Shown here: one piece after another, positions 19,661 through 34,142 of the stretch
How positions within the stretch are numbered: position 1 is the first letter of the stretch
Layout: the number at the start of each line of letters is the position of its first letter
Origin: an uncultured Gemmatimonadales bacterium
GTDB taxonomy: Bacteria; Gemmatimonadota; Gemmatimonadetes; Longimicrobiales; Gaopeijiaceae
Direction: 5' to 3'
Length of the DNA: 64,000 nucleotides
Assembly (NCBI GenBank): GCA_963823035.1
Contig: CAWGKG010000011.1
Location: forward strand, 92,865 to 156,864
Translations under genes and position numbers: made by a program
Notes under the pieces: model-generated
The model's input: only the letters and a program-made list of their open reading frames with translations
Databases searched by the model: none
What the model was told of the DNA's origin: nothing

Positions 19661-21448
19661 ATGCACGAGCACGAGAACGAGCACACCGCGACCCGCACCC
19701 GCATGGTCGGAGGGATCACCGCCCGGGACGTCGGCGAGACGCTTCGCCTCTCCGGGTGGGTCCACCGGCGCAGGGACCTGGGGGGCCTGCTCTTCGTCGA
19801 CCTCCGTGACCGGAGCGGCCTCCTGCAGGTCTCCTTCGGGCCCGACTGGACCGCGGAGGATGGACTCGAGCTGTCCGGCGACCTGGGTGCCGAGGACGTG
19901 ATCGCCGTGGAGGGCCGCGTCGAGATGCGTCCCGACCCGAACCCGCAGATGCCGACGGGCGAGGTGGAGCTGCGCGCGGTCCGTATCGAGCGGCTGTCGT
20001 CCGCGAAGACGCCGGCCATCCCCGTGTATCGATCGCCGGAAGAGGAGTTGCCCTCCGAGGAGCTGCGCCTGCGCCACCGTGTGCTGGACCTGCGCCGCCC
20101 GGAGCTGCAGCGGGCGCTCACGCTGCGTCACAGGCTGCTGCTGGCGGCCCGCAACACCATGGACGGCATGGGCTTCGTCGAGGTGGAGACGCCGATCCTG
20201 ACCAAGCCGACGCCGGAAGGCGCCCGCGACTACCTCGTGCCCAGCCGCGTGCACCACGGCGAGTTCTACGCGCTCCCGCAGAGCCCCCAGATCTACAAGC
20301 AGATCCTCATGGTGGCCGGCTTCGACCGCTACTTCCAGATCGCGCGCTGCTTCCGCGACGAGGACCTGCGTGCCGACCGTCAGCCGGAGTTCACGCAGAT
20401 CGACATCGAGGCGTCGTTCATCTCCCCGGAGGACATCTTCCGCTGGGTGGAGAGGCTCACGGCCGCGATGGCCGCCGTGGCCGAGGTGGACGCCCCGGTC
20501 CCCTTCCCACGCATGACGTGGGCGGAGGCGATGGACCGTTACGGCTCCGACCGGCCGGACCTGCGCTACGGGCTCGAGATCCACGACTGGACGGCGGCCA
20601 CCGCGGACGTCGACTTCCGCATCCTCCGCTCCGCCGTGGAGGCGGGAGGGCGGGTACGCGGGATCGTGGTGCCCGGCGGCGCGCGCCTGTCACGCAAGGA
20701 GATCGAGGCGGTGGAGGCCGAGGCCAAGGCGGCCGGAGCGCCCGGTCTGGCGTGGGCCAAGCGCACCGAGGAGGGTGCGTCCGGCCCGCTGGGCAGGTTC
20801 CTGGACGCCGACCACCTCGACGCGATGGGCGTGTCCGCGGGGGACCTGGTGCTCGCGGCGGCCGGTCCGGACCGCGTCACCTCGCCGGCGCTCGCCGCGA
20901 CCCGCGCGGCCACGGCCCGCATCGCGAACTTCGAGCACGAGCGGAAGCACGCGTGGTTGTGGGTCACGGACTTCCCGCTCTTCGAGGAGGAGGGAGGCGG
21001 ACGGCTGGCCCCCGGCCACCACCCCTTCGTCATGCCGCACCCCGACGACATGGGCGCGCTGGACACCGAGCCGGCGACGGTGCGCGGGCAGGCCTACGAC
21101 CTCGTGTACAACGGCACGGAGTTCGGCTCGGGGAGCCTGCGTATCCACGACCCGGAGCTGCAGCGGCGGATCCTGCGCCTGCTGGGCTTCGAGGACGCGG
21201 AGATCGACCGCCGGTTCGGCTTCCTCCTCGAGGCGCTCTCGGCCGGGGCGCCGCCCCACGGCGGCATCGCGCTCGGGGTGGACCGCATGGTCCAGCGCTT
21301 CGTGGGGGCGGGGAGCCTGCGGGACGTGATCGCCTTCCCGAAGACGACCGCGGCGCGCGCGCTCTTCGAGGGCTCGCCGAGCCCCGTCGTGGACGACGAT
21401 CTCCGCGAGCTGGGGCTGCGGCTGGTGGTCGCGGAAGGCTCCCGGTAG
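19661..21448 (+). CDS. aspS: aspartate--tRNA ligase
   Basis: RRRDLGG, PEGARDY, ALPQSPQ, FRDEDLRADRQPEFTQID, PPHGGIALG.DR. Confidence 0.97.
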   Translation: MHEHENEHTATRTRMVGGITARDVGETLRLSGWVHRRRDLGGLLFVDLRDRSGLLQVSFGPDWTAEDGLELSGDLGAEDVIAVEGRVEMRPDPNPQMPTGEVELRAVRIERLSSAKTPAIPVYRSPEEELPSEELRLRHRVLDLRRPELQRALTLRHRLLLAARNTMDGMGFVEVETPILTKPTPEGARDYLVPSRVHHGEFYALPQSPQIYKQILMVAGFDRYFQIARCFRDEDLRADRQPEFTQIDIEASFISPEDIFRWVERLTAAMAAVAEVDAPVPFPRMTWAEAMDRYGSDRPDLRYGLEIHDWTAATADVDFRILRSAVEAGGRVRGIVVPGGARLSRKEIEAVEAEAKAAGAPGLAWAKRTEEGASGPLGRFLDADHLDAMGVSAGDLVLAAAGPDRVTSPALAATRAATARIANFEHERKHAWLWVTDFPLFEEEGGGRLAPGHHPFVMPHPDDMGALDTEPATVRGQAYDLVYNGTEFGSGSLRIHDPELQRRILRLLGFEDAEIDRRFGFLLEALSAGAPPHGGIALGVDRMVQRFVGAGSLRDVIAFPKTTAARALFEGSPSPVVDDDLRELGLRLVVAEGSR

Positions 21449-21458
21449 GATTAGCGTC

Positions 21459-22470
<1,012 letters not shown>

Positions 22471-22474
<4 letters not shown>

Positions 22475-24752
22475 GCCGTTCCGACCGCGGTCCAGGGGGG
22501 GAGTCCGTGCTCCGGCGTCTCTCCGGGGAGCCCGGTCCTTCGGCGGGTGCCCGCATCGCCCACCATGGCGCGCGGCTGGCGCTCCTCGTGGGACTGGCCG
22601 TCCTCATCACGGCGCTCTTCCCGCCGACCGCGCGCCTCGCCGTCGGGCGCTACGAGGTCGGGATGGTGGCCCCGGAGGACGTGATCGCGCGCATCCCCTT
22701 CAGCGTCCCGAAGGCCCCCGAGGAGCTGGCCCAGGAAAAGCAGCTCGCGATGGGGTCCGTGCCGCCCACCTTCGACTTCGTCGCGGGCGCGGCCGACACC
22801 ATGGCCGCGCACCTGCGGACCTTCTTCGACCGGATCGACTCGGCCGTCGCGGCCGGGAGCCGGGCGGGCGTCGAACAGGTCCTGCGCGGGACCTCGCTGG
22901 TCGCCACGGCCTCCCAGGTGGACGCGCTCATGAACGACGCTACCCGCAGGATGCTGCGGCGGGTGGCGGTCGGCGCGGCCACGGAGCTCGTGCCGCGGGG
23001 CGTCGTCGACGCCGGCCAGGCCGCGGACGTGTCCACGCCGTCGATCACGGTGCGGCAGGGAGAGACCGAGCGGTCCATACCCGCTCGCGAGGTCTTCACG
23101 CAGCGCGAGTTCTTCGAGCAGGCGCTCGGCCTCCTGCCGGCAGACACGCCGCCCGACATGAAGAACCTCCTGCGCCTGATCCTCATCCGGCACATCGAGT
23201 TCAGCTACGTGCTGAACGTGGTGGCCACCGAGCTGGACCGGGACGCGGCGGCCCGTTCGGTGCCGACCATGAAGGACAGCGTCCTGCAGGGCCAGGCGAT
23301 CGTGCGCGCCGCCGACCCGATCGGGCCGGCGGCAGCTGGAGCGCCTGAACGCCTACGAGGAGCAGTTGCGCCTGCAGGGGCTGCTCGAGGGGCGGGGGCT
23401 GCGCCCGGGGCCGGTCTTCGGCGCCTGGCTCGTCAACACGCTCCTGCTCCTGCTCTACGGGCTCTTCGTCTTCTTCAGGACGGAGGTGTACGCGCAGTTC
23501 CGCTGGCTCCTCCTGCAGGCGCTGCTCATCGGCGTCTACTTCGGGGCCGCGGCGGCGATCTCCCGGAACGCGCTTGCGCCCGAGTGGCTGCCGATCGCCT
23601 TCATCGCCCTTCCGGTCGGCGTCCTGTGGGACGCGCGCTTGGCGCTCTTCATGGTGTTCGTGGTCGCGCTGATCACGGGCACGCTTGCCCCGTTCAGCGA
23701 CGACGGCACCATGCTCGTGGTCGCCGTCGGCGGCGCGGCCGCGGCCCTCAGCGTACGCGCGGTCCGGCGCCGGTCGGAGACGTGGGTGTCGATCGCGATC
23801 ATCGCGGTCGCGACGGGGCTCGTGCTGGTCGGACATGGACTCGCCACCGGCCACGCCGCGGGGGAGATCGCACGGGCCAGCCTGTACGCGGCCGGGAACG
23901 CCACGGTGTCCGCGCTCCTGGCCATGGGCTTCCTGTGGGTGTTCGAGCTGTTCACGGGCATCACGACCGACCAGACGCTGCTGGAGTGGGCCGACCCGAC
24001 CCGGCCCGCTCCTCAAGCGGCTCTCGCTGGAGGCCCCGGGCACCTACGCCCATACGATCAACGTCGCGAACCTCTCGGAAGCGGCGTGCAACGCAATCGG
24101 CGCGAACGGGCTGCTCTGCCGGGTGGGTGTCTACTACCACGACGTGGGCAAGATGCTCAAGCCGCACTACTTCGTGGAGAACCAGCCCGACGGGCGCAAT
24201 CCGCACGACAAGCTGAAGCCCGAAACGTCCGCGGCGATCGTGCGGGAGCACGTGACCGAGGGCGCGCGCCTCGCGCGCGACGCGAAGGTGCCGGACGTGG
24301 TGGTACGCTTCATCCTCGAGCACCACGGCACACAGCGCATCGGCTTCTTCTACGAGAAGGCCCAGGAGGAGAGCGAGGAGGAGCTCGACGTCGACCGCTT
24401 CTCCTACCCCGGGCCGAAGCCGCAGTCGCGTGAGACCGCGATCGTCATGCTGGCGGATTCCTGCGAGTCCGCCACGCGGGCCATGAAGGACCCCACGCCC
24501 GAGCGCGTGCACGACCTGATCCACACGATCTCGCAGGGCAAGATCGACATCGGGCAGCTCGACGAGGCGCCCCTGACGCTGCGCGAGATCGCCGTCATCG
24601 AGGAGCAGTTCACGAAGATCCTCGCCGGCGTGCTGCACCGCCGCATCGAGTATCCGGCCACCAAGCACCTCACGGACGCTCCGCACGACGTCCCAACTGA
24701 GGACGAGGCGCCCGACGCCGACGTGGTCGCGCCGGGCGACGGGGAGGCGTGA
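22471..24752 (+). CDS. 7TM-HD (HDIG) membrane phosphohydrolase, PgpH-like c-di-AMP phosphodiesterase; frameshifts near 23330 and 24005
   Basis: Extracellular domain, multiple TM segments, APGTY.H, YYHDVGK, FVENQ, EHHGT, YPGPKP, MLADS.E. Confidence 0.85.
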
Positions 24753-25190
24753 GCCCGGCGACGGGCGTGGAGGTGCTGGTGAGTCTCGGCGCCTTCCGCG
24801 GCGTGACCGTCGCCTTGCTCGAGCGCGCCGTCCGAGCCGTCTTGGAGGATGCGGACGTAGCGCGGGCGGAGATCTCGCTCACGCTCCTCGGCGACGACGC
24901 GATCCGGGAGCTCAACCGGCGCTACCTCGGGAAGGACCGGCCCACCGACGTGCTCGCCTTCTCCCTGGGGACGGGCGTCCATCCGATCGGCGACGTCTAC
25001 GTGGGGGTGGAGCAGGCGCGCCGCCAGGCCCGAGAGCTCGACGTGCCCGCGAAGGAGGAGATCGTGCGTCTGGCGATCCACGGAACGCTCCACGTCCTCG
25101 GCCACGACCACCCCGAGGGGGCGCGCGCGCCTGGACAGCCCCATGTTCACGCTCCAGGAGGGGCTCGTCGCGCGCGTGCTGGGCCGCTGA
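24749..25190 (+). CDS. ybeY: rRNA maturation endoribonuclease YbeY; frameshift near 25125
   Basis: LNRRY.GKD.PTDVLAF, HGTLHVLGHDH. Confidence 0.92.
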
Positions 25191-25346
25191 CCGGAGCCGG
25201 CGTGCCCGCCGCCGGTTGGTGGCACCGGCTACCTTGCCACCCCGTCACGGCGGGAGGATCTTCCGGAGTCGCGTCGCGCCGCCCCACTCGTGCGCGGCGG
25301 TCTCTCGACACGGACGGCGTTCCCTCCACTCGGTGAAACCTCCCCG

Positions 25347-26708
25347 ATGAGCACTCCCACCGACGACATCGACAAGGTCCAGGAGCGCCTGGCCCGGCTG
25401 GTGGCGTCCGGAGACGTGCGCGCCCTCGAGGAGGCCGTGGGGGAGCTGCACCCTTCGGACATCGCCGACCTGGTGGAGGGGCTGGAGGAGGAGCACCAGA
25501 TCCTGCTCCTGTCGGCCCTGCCCAAGGAGCTCGCGTCCGAAGCCCTCGCGGAGATGGAGGGCGGCGAGGAGCGCGGCGAGCTCCTGGCCGCGATGCACCC
25601 GGCGAAGGGCGCCGAGCTGCTCCAGGAGTTGGCGGACGACGACGCCGTCGACCTGATCGCCGAGCTGGAGCCGGAGGAGCGCCAACGCATCCTGGACGCC
25701 CTCCCGGTGGAGGACGCCGGCGAGCTTCGGGGCCTTCTCCTCTACGACGAGGAGAGCGCGGGTGGCCTGATGACCACCGAGCTCGTGTCGGTGGAGGTGT
25801 CCCTGACGGCGTCCGCGGCGCTCGACGAGGTGCGCGCGAAGGGGCGCGAGGTCGAGGACTTCTACACCGTCTTCGTGGTGGACGAGCGCGACCGGTTGGT
25901 GGGCACGGTGCGGCTCGACGACCTGGTCACCGCAGAGCCGGACGAGGCGATCGAGGCGTTGGTGGAGCCCCCGGTCGCGTCCGTCCTACCGAGCGTCGAC
26001 CAGGAGGAGGTCGGGCGGCTGATCTCCCGCTACAACCTCGCTTCGATCCCCGTCGTGAACGAGTTCGGCGTCCTCCTCGGCCGGATCACCTTCGACGACG
26101 TCATCGACGTGATGGAGGCCGAGCAGACGGAGGACATCTTCCGGCTGGCCGGCGTCGGTGGCGACGAGGAGGCGGTCCGCTACACCTGGCACGAGTCGGT
26201 GCGGGCACGCCTTCCCTGGCTGCTCGTGAACCTGCTCACGGCCACGCTCTCGGCGACGGTGGTCCTGCTCTTCGCGGGGACGATCGAGCACGTGGTCATC
26301 CTCGCGGCCGTGATGGGGATGGTCGCGGGCATGGGCGGCAACGCCGGTACCCAGGCCCTCGCCGTCACGGTGCGCAGCATCGCGATCGAGCGAGGCACGG
26401 GGCGGGCGCACGGCCTCGTGGTCGGGAGGGAGCTGCTCATCGGTCTGGTGAACGGTGCCGTGCTCGGCGGCATCGTGGCGCTGGCCGCCTTCCTGCTCGA
26501 CGGGGACCCGAAGCTGGGGCTCGTGGTCTTCCTCGCGATGTGGGGGAACCAGATCGTCGCCAGCTTCGTGGGTTCCTTCGTGCCGACCGTGCTCGACCGG
26601 CTGGGCATCGATCCAGCCGTCGCCTCTTCGGTGTTCGTGACGGCCTGCACGGACCTGTGCGGCTTCCTCTTCCTGCTGGGTCTCGCGACCAAGCTGCTGA
26701 TGCCGTGA
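25347..26708 (+). CDS. mgtE: magnesium transporter MgtE
   Basis: LHPSDIA N-domain, AGGLMT + CBS pair, RLPWL, GGNAGTQ, DPAVAS..TD. Confidence 0.93.
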   Translation: MSTPTDDIDKVQERLARLVASGDVRALEEAVGELHPSDIADLVEGLEEEHQILLLSALPKELASEALAEMEGGEERGELLAAMHPAKGAELLQELADDDAVDLIAELEPEERQRILDALPVEDAGELRGLLLYDEESAGGLMTTELVSVEVSLTASAALDEVRAKGREVEDFYTVFVVDERDRLVGTVRLDDLVTAEPDEAIEALVEPPVASVLPSVDQEEVGRLISRYNLASIPVVNEFGVLLGRITFDDVIDVMEAEQTEDIFRLAGVGGDEEAVRYTWHESVRARLPWLLVNLLTATLSATVVLLFAGTIEHVVILAAVMGMVAGMGGNAGTQALAVTVRSIAIERGTGRAHGLVVGRELLIGLVNGAVLGGIVALAAFLLDGDPKLGLVVFLAMWGNQIVASFVGSFVPTVLDRLGIDPAVASSVFVTACTDLCGFLFLLGLATKLLMP

Positions 26709-28366
26709 AACGCCTGCTGCGCAGCTTCTCGGTGATCGCGAGGTTGAGCCCGTTCGTGGTTGCGTTCCTGCGCGACCGCAAGCGGTGGATCCTCTTCGGG
26801 CCCCCGGTGCGACGAACCGCGGAGCAGCACGGCCGCCGCGCCGCGCGGCTGTCGGCGCAACTGGCGGGCCTGGGCCCGACGTTCATCAAGCTCGCCCAGC
26901 TGTTCAGCTCGCGCGCGGACATCCTCCCCGAGCCCTACCTGTCGGAGATCGGCCGGCTGCAGGATCAGGTACCTCCCGACCGGGCGGAGGAGATCCTGCG
27001 GGTCATCCAGGAGGAGCTCGAAGCGCCCGCGGACGAGCTCTTCCAGGACTTCCAACGCGAGCCGATCGCCGCCGCCAGCCTGGGGCAGGTCCACCGGGCC
27101 CACGTCGACGGGCGCGACGTCGTGGTCAAGGTGCTGCGCCCGGGCGTGGAGGCCGCGGTCGCCCTCGATCTGGACATCTCCTTCCGGCTCCTCTTCTGGC
27201 TGAACATCCTCTTCCCGAACCACCACGTCCGGGCGGTCACCAACGTGGTGCGCGAGTTCAGCGTCCGCGTGCGTGCCGAGATGGACTTCCGCGAGGAGGC
27301 GGCCAACATGGAGCGCTTCCGGAGCTTCTTCCGGTCCGAGCGGAAGGTCCGTGCGCCGGACGTCCTGGAGCGCTTCACGACCCGGCGTGTGCTGGTCATG
27401 GAGTACTGCGAGGGAACGAAGATCGACCGGCTGCACGAGTTGTTCCGCACCGGCAGGCTCTCGTTCAGGCAGGTCATGGAGACGCTCACGGGCGTCTACA
27501 TGCGCATGATGATGGTGGACGGCTTCATGCACGCCGACCCCCATCCGGGGAACCTCCTGGTGCAGGACGACGGCACGCTGATCGTGCTGGACTGGGGAGC
27601 CGTGCTCGAGGTGCCGCGCTGGACGCGGCAGACGATCCTCGACATCGCGCTCGCGCTCGGCCGCGAGGACATCGACGGCGTGATCAACGGGATGTACCAC
27701 CTGGGGATGATCAGCCCGGAGGTGTCACGGGGGGAGATCCGCGAGGCCGCCACCGAGATCCTGCGCATCGTGGAGAAGGCGAAGACCACGAACCGCCAGC
27801 GCATCGTCGAGGAGATCCTCAACGCGGTGCTCGACACCTTCTACACCTGGCCGCTCGTGCTTCCGCAGGAGCTGGTCTACTTCTTCCGGGCCTCCGCGCT
27901 GATCGAGGGGTTGGCGTTCCACTACGACGACCGCTTCGACGGCCTCGCCTTCATCCGCGGCGTCGTGCGGACGAACCAGTCGGACCTCCTCAAGATGACG
28001 GGCCACCAGCCGGCCCAGATCGCCCGCAGCTTCATCGACGAGGCGCAGCTCGCCGTGCGCCAGATGCGCGACCTGGTTACGCGGGCGGAGCGGGAGGAGC
28101 TGCGCGTCCGCGTCCACCCCCGCGACATGCAGTCGCAGGAGCGCTTCCTGCACCTGCAGGCGCGCCGCCTCCTCCTGAGCATCTTCGCGACCGCCACCGC
28201 GGTCATCAGCTCGATCCTCTTCCTGGCGCTGCGCAGCTGGTGGCTCCTGGGCGCGGGGCTGCTGACGTCCCTGGTGATGTTCGTCGTCGTGCTCTTCCTG
28301 CCCACCCACCTGCTCGAGAACCCCCTGAGACACGCGCGGGGCATCCGACCGGACGAATGGCGCTGA
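26705..28366 (+). CDS. ABC1/UbiB-family atypical kinase
   Basis: GPTFIKLAQ, AAASLGQVH, VKV.RP, HADPHPGN, LDWG; two C-terminal TM segments. Confidence 0.9.
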   Translation: MKRLLRSFSVIARLSPFVVAFLRDRKRWILFGPPVRRTAEQHGRRAARLSAQLAGLGPTFIKLAQLFSSRADILPEPYLSEIGRLQDQVPPDRAEEILRVIQEELEAPADELFQDFQREPIAAASLGQVHRAHVDGRDVVVKVLRPGVEAAVALDLDISFRLLFWLNILFPNHHVRAVTNVVREFSVRVRAEMDFREEAANMERFRSFFRSERKVRAPDVLERFTTRRVLVMEYCEGTKIDRLHELFRTGRLSFRQVMETLTGVYMRMMMVDGFMHADPHPGNLLVQDDGTLIVLDWGAVLEVPRWTRQTILDIALALGREDIDGVINGMYHLGMISPEVSRGEIREAATEILRIVEKAKTTNRQRIVEEILNAVLDTFYTWPLVLPQELVYFFRASALIEGLAFHYDDRFDGLAFIRGVVRTNQSDLLKMTGHQPAQIARSFIDEAQLAVRQMRDLVTRAEREELRVRVHPRDMQSQERFLHLQARRLLLSIFATATAVISSILFLALRSWWLLGAGLLTSLVMFVVVLFLPTHLLENPLRHARGIRPDEWR

Positions 28367-29418
28367 CCCCACCCCTGCAGGACCTCCTCGAACGCTTCCA
28401 CGCCGGAAAGACCCCGGCGCTGGCCCGCGCGATCACCACGGTGGAGAACGAGCGTGCCGGCTTCCAGGACCTCCTGCACGCCGTCCTCCAGGAAGGGCCG
28501 CGCACCGCCCGCGTCGGGTTCACGGGCCCGCCGGGCGCGGGGAAGTCCAGCCTGGTCGCCCACCTCGCCGCCGCATACCGGCAGCAGGACGAGCGGGTCG
28601 GCATCGTCGCGGTCGACCCCACCTCCCCCTACTCGGGTGGAGCGCTGCTGGGTGACCGCATCCGCATGAACGACCTGGCGATGGATCCGGGGATCTTCAT
28701 CCGGTCGATGGCGACGCGCGGCTCGCTCGGCGGGCTGGCCGTGACCACCAAGGAGGTCATCGACCTCATGGACGCCTTCGGCTTCGAGCGCGTCCTCGTG
28801 GAGACGGTCGGCGTGGGCCAGACCGAGCTGGAGATCACGGCCGCGGCGGACACCGTGATCGTGGTGCTGGTGCCCGAGTCGGGCGACGCGATCCAGGCGA
28901 TGAAGGCCGGCCTCATGGAGATCGCCGACGTCTTCGTGGTGAACAAGGCCGACCGGCCGGGCGCCGACCGGCTGCTCAAGGAGATCCGCCAGGCGATCCA
29001 CCTCCGCACCGGAAGCGCCCTCCGTGACGTTCCCGCGCACCACGGCGTCGACCTCACCCGCATCGCGGGCAGGAGGGCGGCGCGGCGCGCGCAGCCGGTG
29101 GAGGCGGGGTGGGAGATCCCCGTGCTCAAGACCTTCGGGCAAACGGGCGAGGGTGTACCCGAACTCGTGGAGGCGGTGGCGAAGCACCGTGCCTGGCTCG
29201 GCGAGAGCGGCGAGCTCGCCGGGCGGCGTCGGGCGCGCGCGCTGCGCAGGATCCGCGACGTGGTGGACCGCGATCTGCGGAAGGCCGCGTGGAGCTCCAC
29301 GAGCTCCGCGGAGTCCCTCGAGCGCGGCCTCGACGCCATCGCCGAGGGGGAGGACACGCCCTACTCGGTGGCGCGGCGCATCCTGGACGAGCTTCTGGCC
29401 TCCGGCGAACCGCGTTGA
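28357..29418 (+). CDS. meaB: MeaB/ArgK GTPase chaperone of B12-dependent mutases
   Basis: GPPGAGKS, VDPTSP..GG.LLGDR.RM, ETVGVGQ, NKAD. Confidence 0.93.
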   Translation: MALTPPLQDLLERFHAGKTPALARAITTVENERAGFQDLLHAVLQEGPRTARVGFTGPPGAGKSSLVAHLAAAYRQQDERVGIVAVDPTSPYSGGALLGDRIRMNDLAMDPGIFIRSMATRGSLGGLAVTTKEVIDLMDAFGFERVLVETVGVGQTELEITAAADTVIVVLVPESGDAIQAMKAGLMEIADVFVVNKADRPGADRLLKEIRQAIHLRTGSALRDVPAHHGVDLTRIAGRRAARRAQPVEAGWEIPVLKTFGQTGEGVPELVEAVAKHRAWLGESGELAGRRRARALRRIRDVVDRDLRKAAWSSTSSAESLERGLDAIAEGEDTPYSVARRILDELLASGEPR

Positions 29419-29500
29419 CCCCCGTCTGGCGCGAGGGACATCTTACGGGCTCGGGGGTAGCTTCCCGTTCATCGATCCTCGCGCCAGGACCGCCTGAAAG

Positions 29501-31222
<1,722 letters not shown>

Positions 31223-31275
31223 CGGCGCCCGAACGGGTCCACTCCGAGGGGGCCGACGAGGGAACGCAGCCACCG

Positions 31276-32950
31276 GTGACGGTGCGCGGGCTGAGGGGGT
31301 TGGACTACCTCGGCGACCAGATGTACCGACGCTGGGTGCGGGTCGCGATCATCATCGCGCTCGTGGGCTATTCGCTCGTCACCCTCTTCGACCTCGTCCT
31401 CTTCGGTCCCCGCACGCGGCCGTTCGCGATCCTCAGCCAATCGATCACGATCGCCGCGACCGCAACCGCGCTCGTCCTGGCCTTCCGGGGGCGGAGTGGC
31501 ACCGCCGCCGTCATCACGCTGGTCGCGATCTGGGTCGAGCTGCAGTCGAGCATCCCCTTCACCGGCATGGAGACCTCGGGGCTGATCGCCTATCCCGTCC
31601 TGGTCCTGGCGGCGGGGATCCTGCTGGGAAGCCGCGCCGGATACGGCATCGCCGGGCTGACGACCCTGAGTCTCGCGATCATGGCGATGACGCGCCGCCG
31701 CGCACCCGGAGCTGGGGACGGCCTCCGCCCGCGCCGTCTATCTGGTCGTCGTCACCTCGGCCTCGATGTTCGCCTCGGCAGGGCTCGTGGAGCTGGGGCT
31801 GGACTCACTGGGCAAGGTGCTCGTCGCCGCCCGCGCGAGCGAACAGCGCCTGCAGGGTCTCCTCTGGTACGCTCCCGACGGGGTGATCGCGACCGACGCG
31901 GGCGAGCGGATCCTGGGGATGAACCCCGCTGCGGAGGCCATCGTCGGTCGGCCCGAGGGGGAGCTCCTGGGGCGGAGGCTCGCGGACGTCATGGGCGACG
32001 CCTGCCTCGGCGACGAGGAGGACTGGCGCGCCGAGACGCTGGTCCGGAGGACGCCCGAGGACGAGGTACGGGCCCTGCGGCTGCTCCGTCCCGAGGGGAG
32101 CGTGCGCTGGGTGGAGTGCACGGTGGGCAGGGTGCCCTGGGACGACGGTTCCTCCGGCCTCCAGGTCGTCCTGCGCGACGTGACCGACCGCCGCCAGGCG
32201 GAGGAGGCGCAGCATCTGCTGCGCTCCCAGCTCGAGCACGCACAGCGCCTCGAGGCGGTCGGGCGCCTCGCCGGCGGGGTCGCGCACGAGTTCAACAACA
32301 TCCTCACCATCGTCGGTGGGGCGGCGGAGCTGCTCACCTCGGAGGGCGACGGCGAGGTCCAGGAGTTGGCGCGCGAGATCGTGGCCGCGCAGGGGCGGGG
32401 TGCGTCGCTGACGAAGCAGCTCCTGTCCTTCGCCCGCAAGGACCTCATCCAGCCTCGCCGCATGGCCCTCACGGAGGCGGTCCGTGACATGGAGGCGCTC
32501 CTCCGTCGCTTCCTGACCGAGCGCATCCGGTTCACGCTCGACCTCGCGAGCAGTTCGCCCATGATCGTCGCCGACCGCGCGCAGGTGGAGCAGGTGATCG
32601 TGAATCTGGTCCTCAACGCCAAGGACGCCATCCAGGGGGACGGGAGCGTGACCGTGGGTATCGCGGACCAGGGGACGGAGCGCACGTGGGCGGACGAGAG
32701 GGCGTGGACGGTGGAGCCGGGCACCATCGAGCTGTGGGTCGAGGACGACGGCCGCGGCATGGACGAGGATACGCGCGAGCGCGTCTTCGAGCCGTTCTTC
32801 ACCACGAAGCCGCGCGGCCACGGCACCGGGCTCGGACTGGCGACGGTGCACGGGATCGTGATCCAGAACGGTGGACGGATCCGCGTTCTCAGCGAGCCCG
32901 GCGTCGGGACCGCCGTGGTGGTCGTCTGGCCGACGACGATGGGCGATTGA
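31276..32950 (+). CDS. membrane PAS-domain sensor histidine kinase; frameshift(s) near 31690-31740
   Basis: TM N-terminus, PAS (PDGVI..D..N.AAE), [39 protein letters not shown]. Confidence 0.88.
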
Positions 32951-32952
32951 AC

Positions 32953-33687
32953 GTGGCGCGCACGGCTCTGCGGGCGGTGCTCTTCGACGCCGGGAACACG
33001 CTCGTCTACGTGGACCCCCGCAGGGTGGGCCCGCTCCTCGCCGACGGGGGCGGGTACGGGGACCTCGATTCGGTGCGCGCGGCCGAGCTGGAGGCCCGCC
33101 GCCTCCTCCAGGCGCGCATCGCGGAAGGTCACGTCGGCACGGAGCCGGAGGTCTGGCGGGAGTACTTCGACACCCTCTTCCGCGCCGCCCACGTCCCCGA
33201 CGAGGCGATCGCCCAGGTGGGTCGCCGGCTGCGGGACATGCACGCTCGCGAGCACCTGTGGACGTACGTCGAGGAGGGGACGCGCCCCGCGCTCGAAGCG
33301 CTCGCGGAGGCGGGCTATCGCCTCGGCGTCATCTCCAACGCGGACGGGCGGGTGGAAGACGTCCTGGAGCGCGTGGGTCTGGGGGACCTCTTCGAGTTCG
33401 TCCTGGACTCCGAGGTGGTCGGCGCCGCGAAGCCCGATCCACGGATCTTCGAGGAGGCGTGCCGCCGGCTCGGGCTGGAGGCGGGGGCGTGCCTCTACGT
33501 CGGCGACCTCTATCCGGTGGACTACCTGGGGGCGACCCGCGCCGGGATGGACGCCGTCCTCCTCGACCCGCTCGGCCTCCACGCCGGCCGGGCTCCCGTG
33601 GTCCGAACGCTCGTGGAGCTCCCCCGGTTCGTCGCGGCCCGCGCCGTCGACGGCGCCGGATTTCCTCCCCCGGCGGACGGGCCGTAG
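32953..33687 (+). CDS. HAD-family hydrolase
   Basis: [19 protein letters not shown]...D..GA...G. Confidence 0.88.
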   Translation: MARTALRAVLFDAGNTLVYVDPRRVGPLLADGGGYGDLDSVRAAELEARRLLQARIAEGHVGTEPEVWREYFDTLFRAAHVPDEAIAQVGRRLRDMHAREHLWTYVEEGTRPALEALAEAGYRLGVISNADGRVEDVLERVGLGDLFEFVLDSEVVGAAKPDPRIFEEACRRLGLEAGACLYVGDLYPVDYLGATRAGMDAVLLDPLGLHAGRAPVVRTLVELPRFVAARAVDGAGFPPPADGP

Positions 33688-33728
33688 ATTCTCCCACGTC
33701 GCAACCCATCGAGCACGGAGCGGACGCA

Positions 33729-34142
33729 ATGTCCGAAGACCGCAAGATCCGCGTCCTCGTCGCGAAACCCGGCCTGGACGGTCACGACCGTGGCGCGAAG
33801 GTCATCGCCGCCGCGTTTCGTGACGCCGGATTCGAAGTCATCTACACGGGCCTGCACCAGACACCCGAGATGATCGTGAACGCCGCCGTCCAGGAGGATG
33901 TCGACGTGGTGGCCATGTCGGTGCTCTCCGGCGCCCACATGACGCTCTTCCCGCGCGTGAAGGATCTCCTCGGCGAAGCGGGCGCGGACCAGGTTCTCCT
34001 CACGGGCGGTGGCATCATCCCCGAGGACGACGCGAAGGCCCTGGAGGCGAAGGGGATCGGCCGGCTCTTCGGGCCGGGCACGCCCACCTCGGACGCGATC
34101 GACTACGTGCGCGCGTGGTTCGGGTCGAGGGAGACCGTCTGA
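33729..34142 (+). CDS. cobalamin-binding small subunit of acyl-CoA mutase
   Basis: [10 protein letters not shown] (DxHxxG), SVLSGAH, GGIIP, FGPGT. Confidence 0.93.
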   Translation: MSEDRKIRVLVAKPGLDGHDRGAKVIAAAFRDAGFEVIYTGLHQTPEMIVNAAVQEDVDVVAMSVLSGAHMTLFPRVKDLLGEAGADQVLLTGGGIIPEDDAKALEAKGIGRLFGPGTPTSDAIDYVRAWFGSRETV

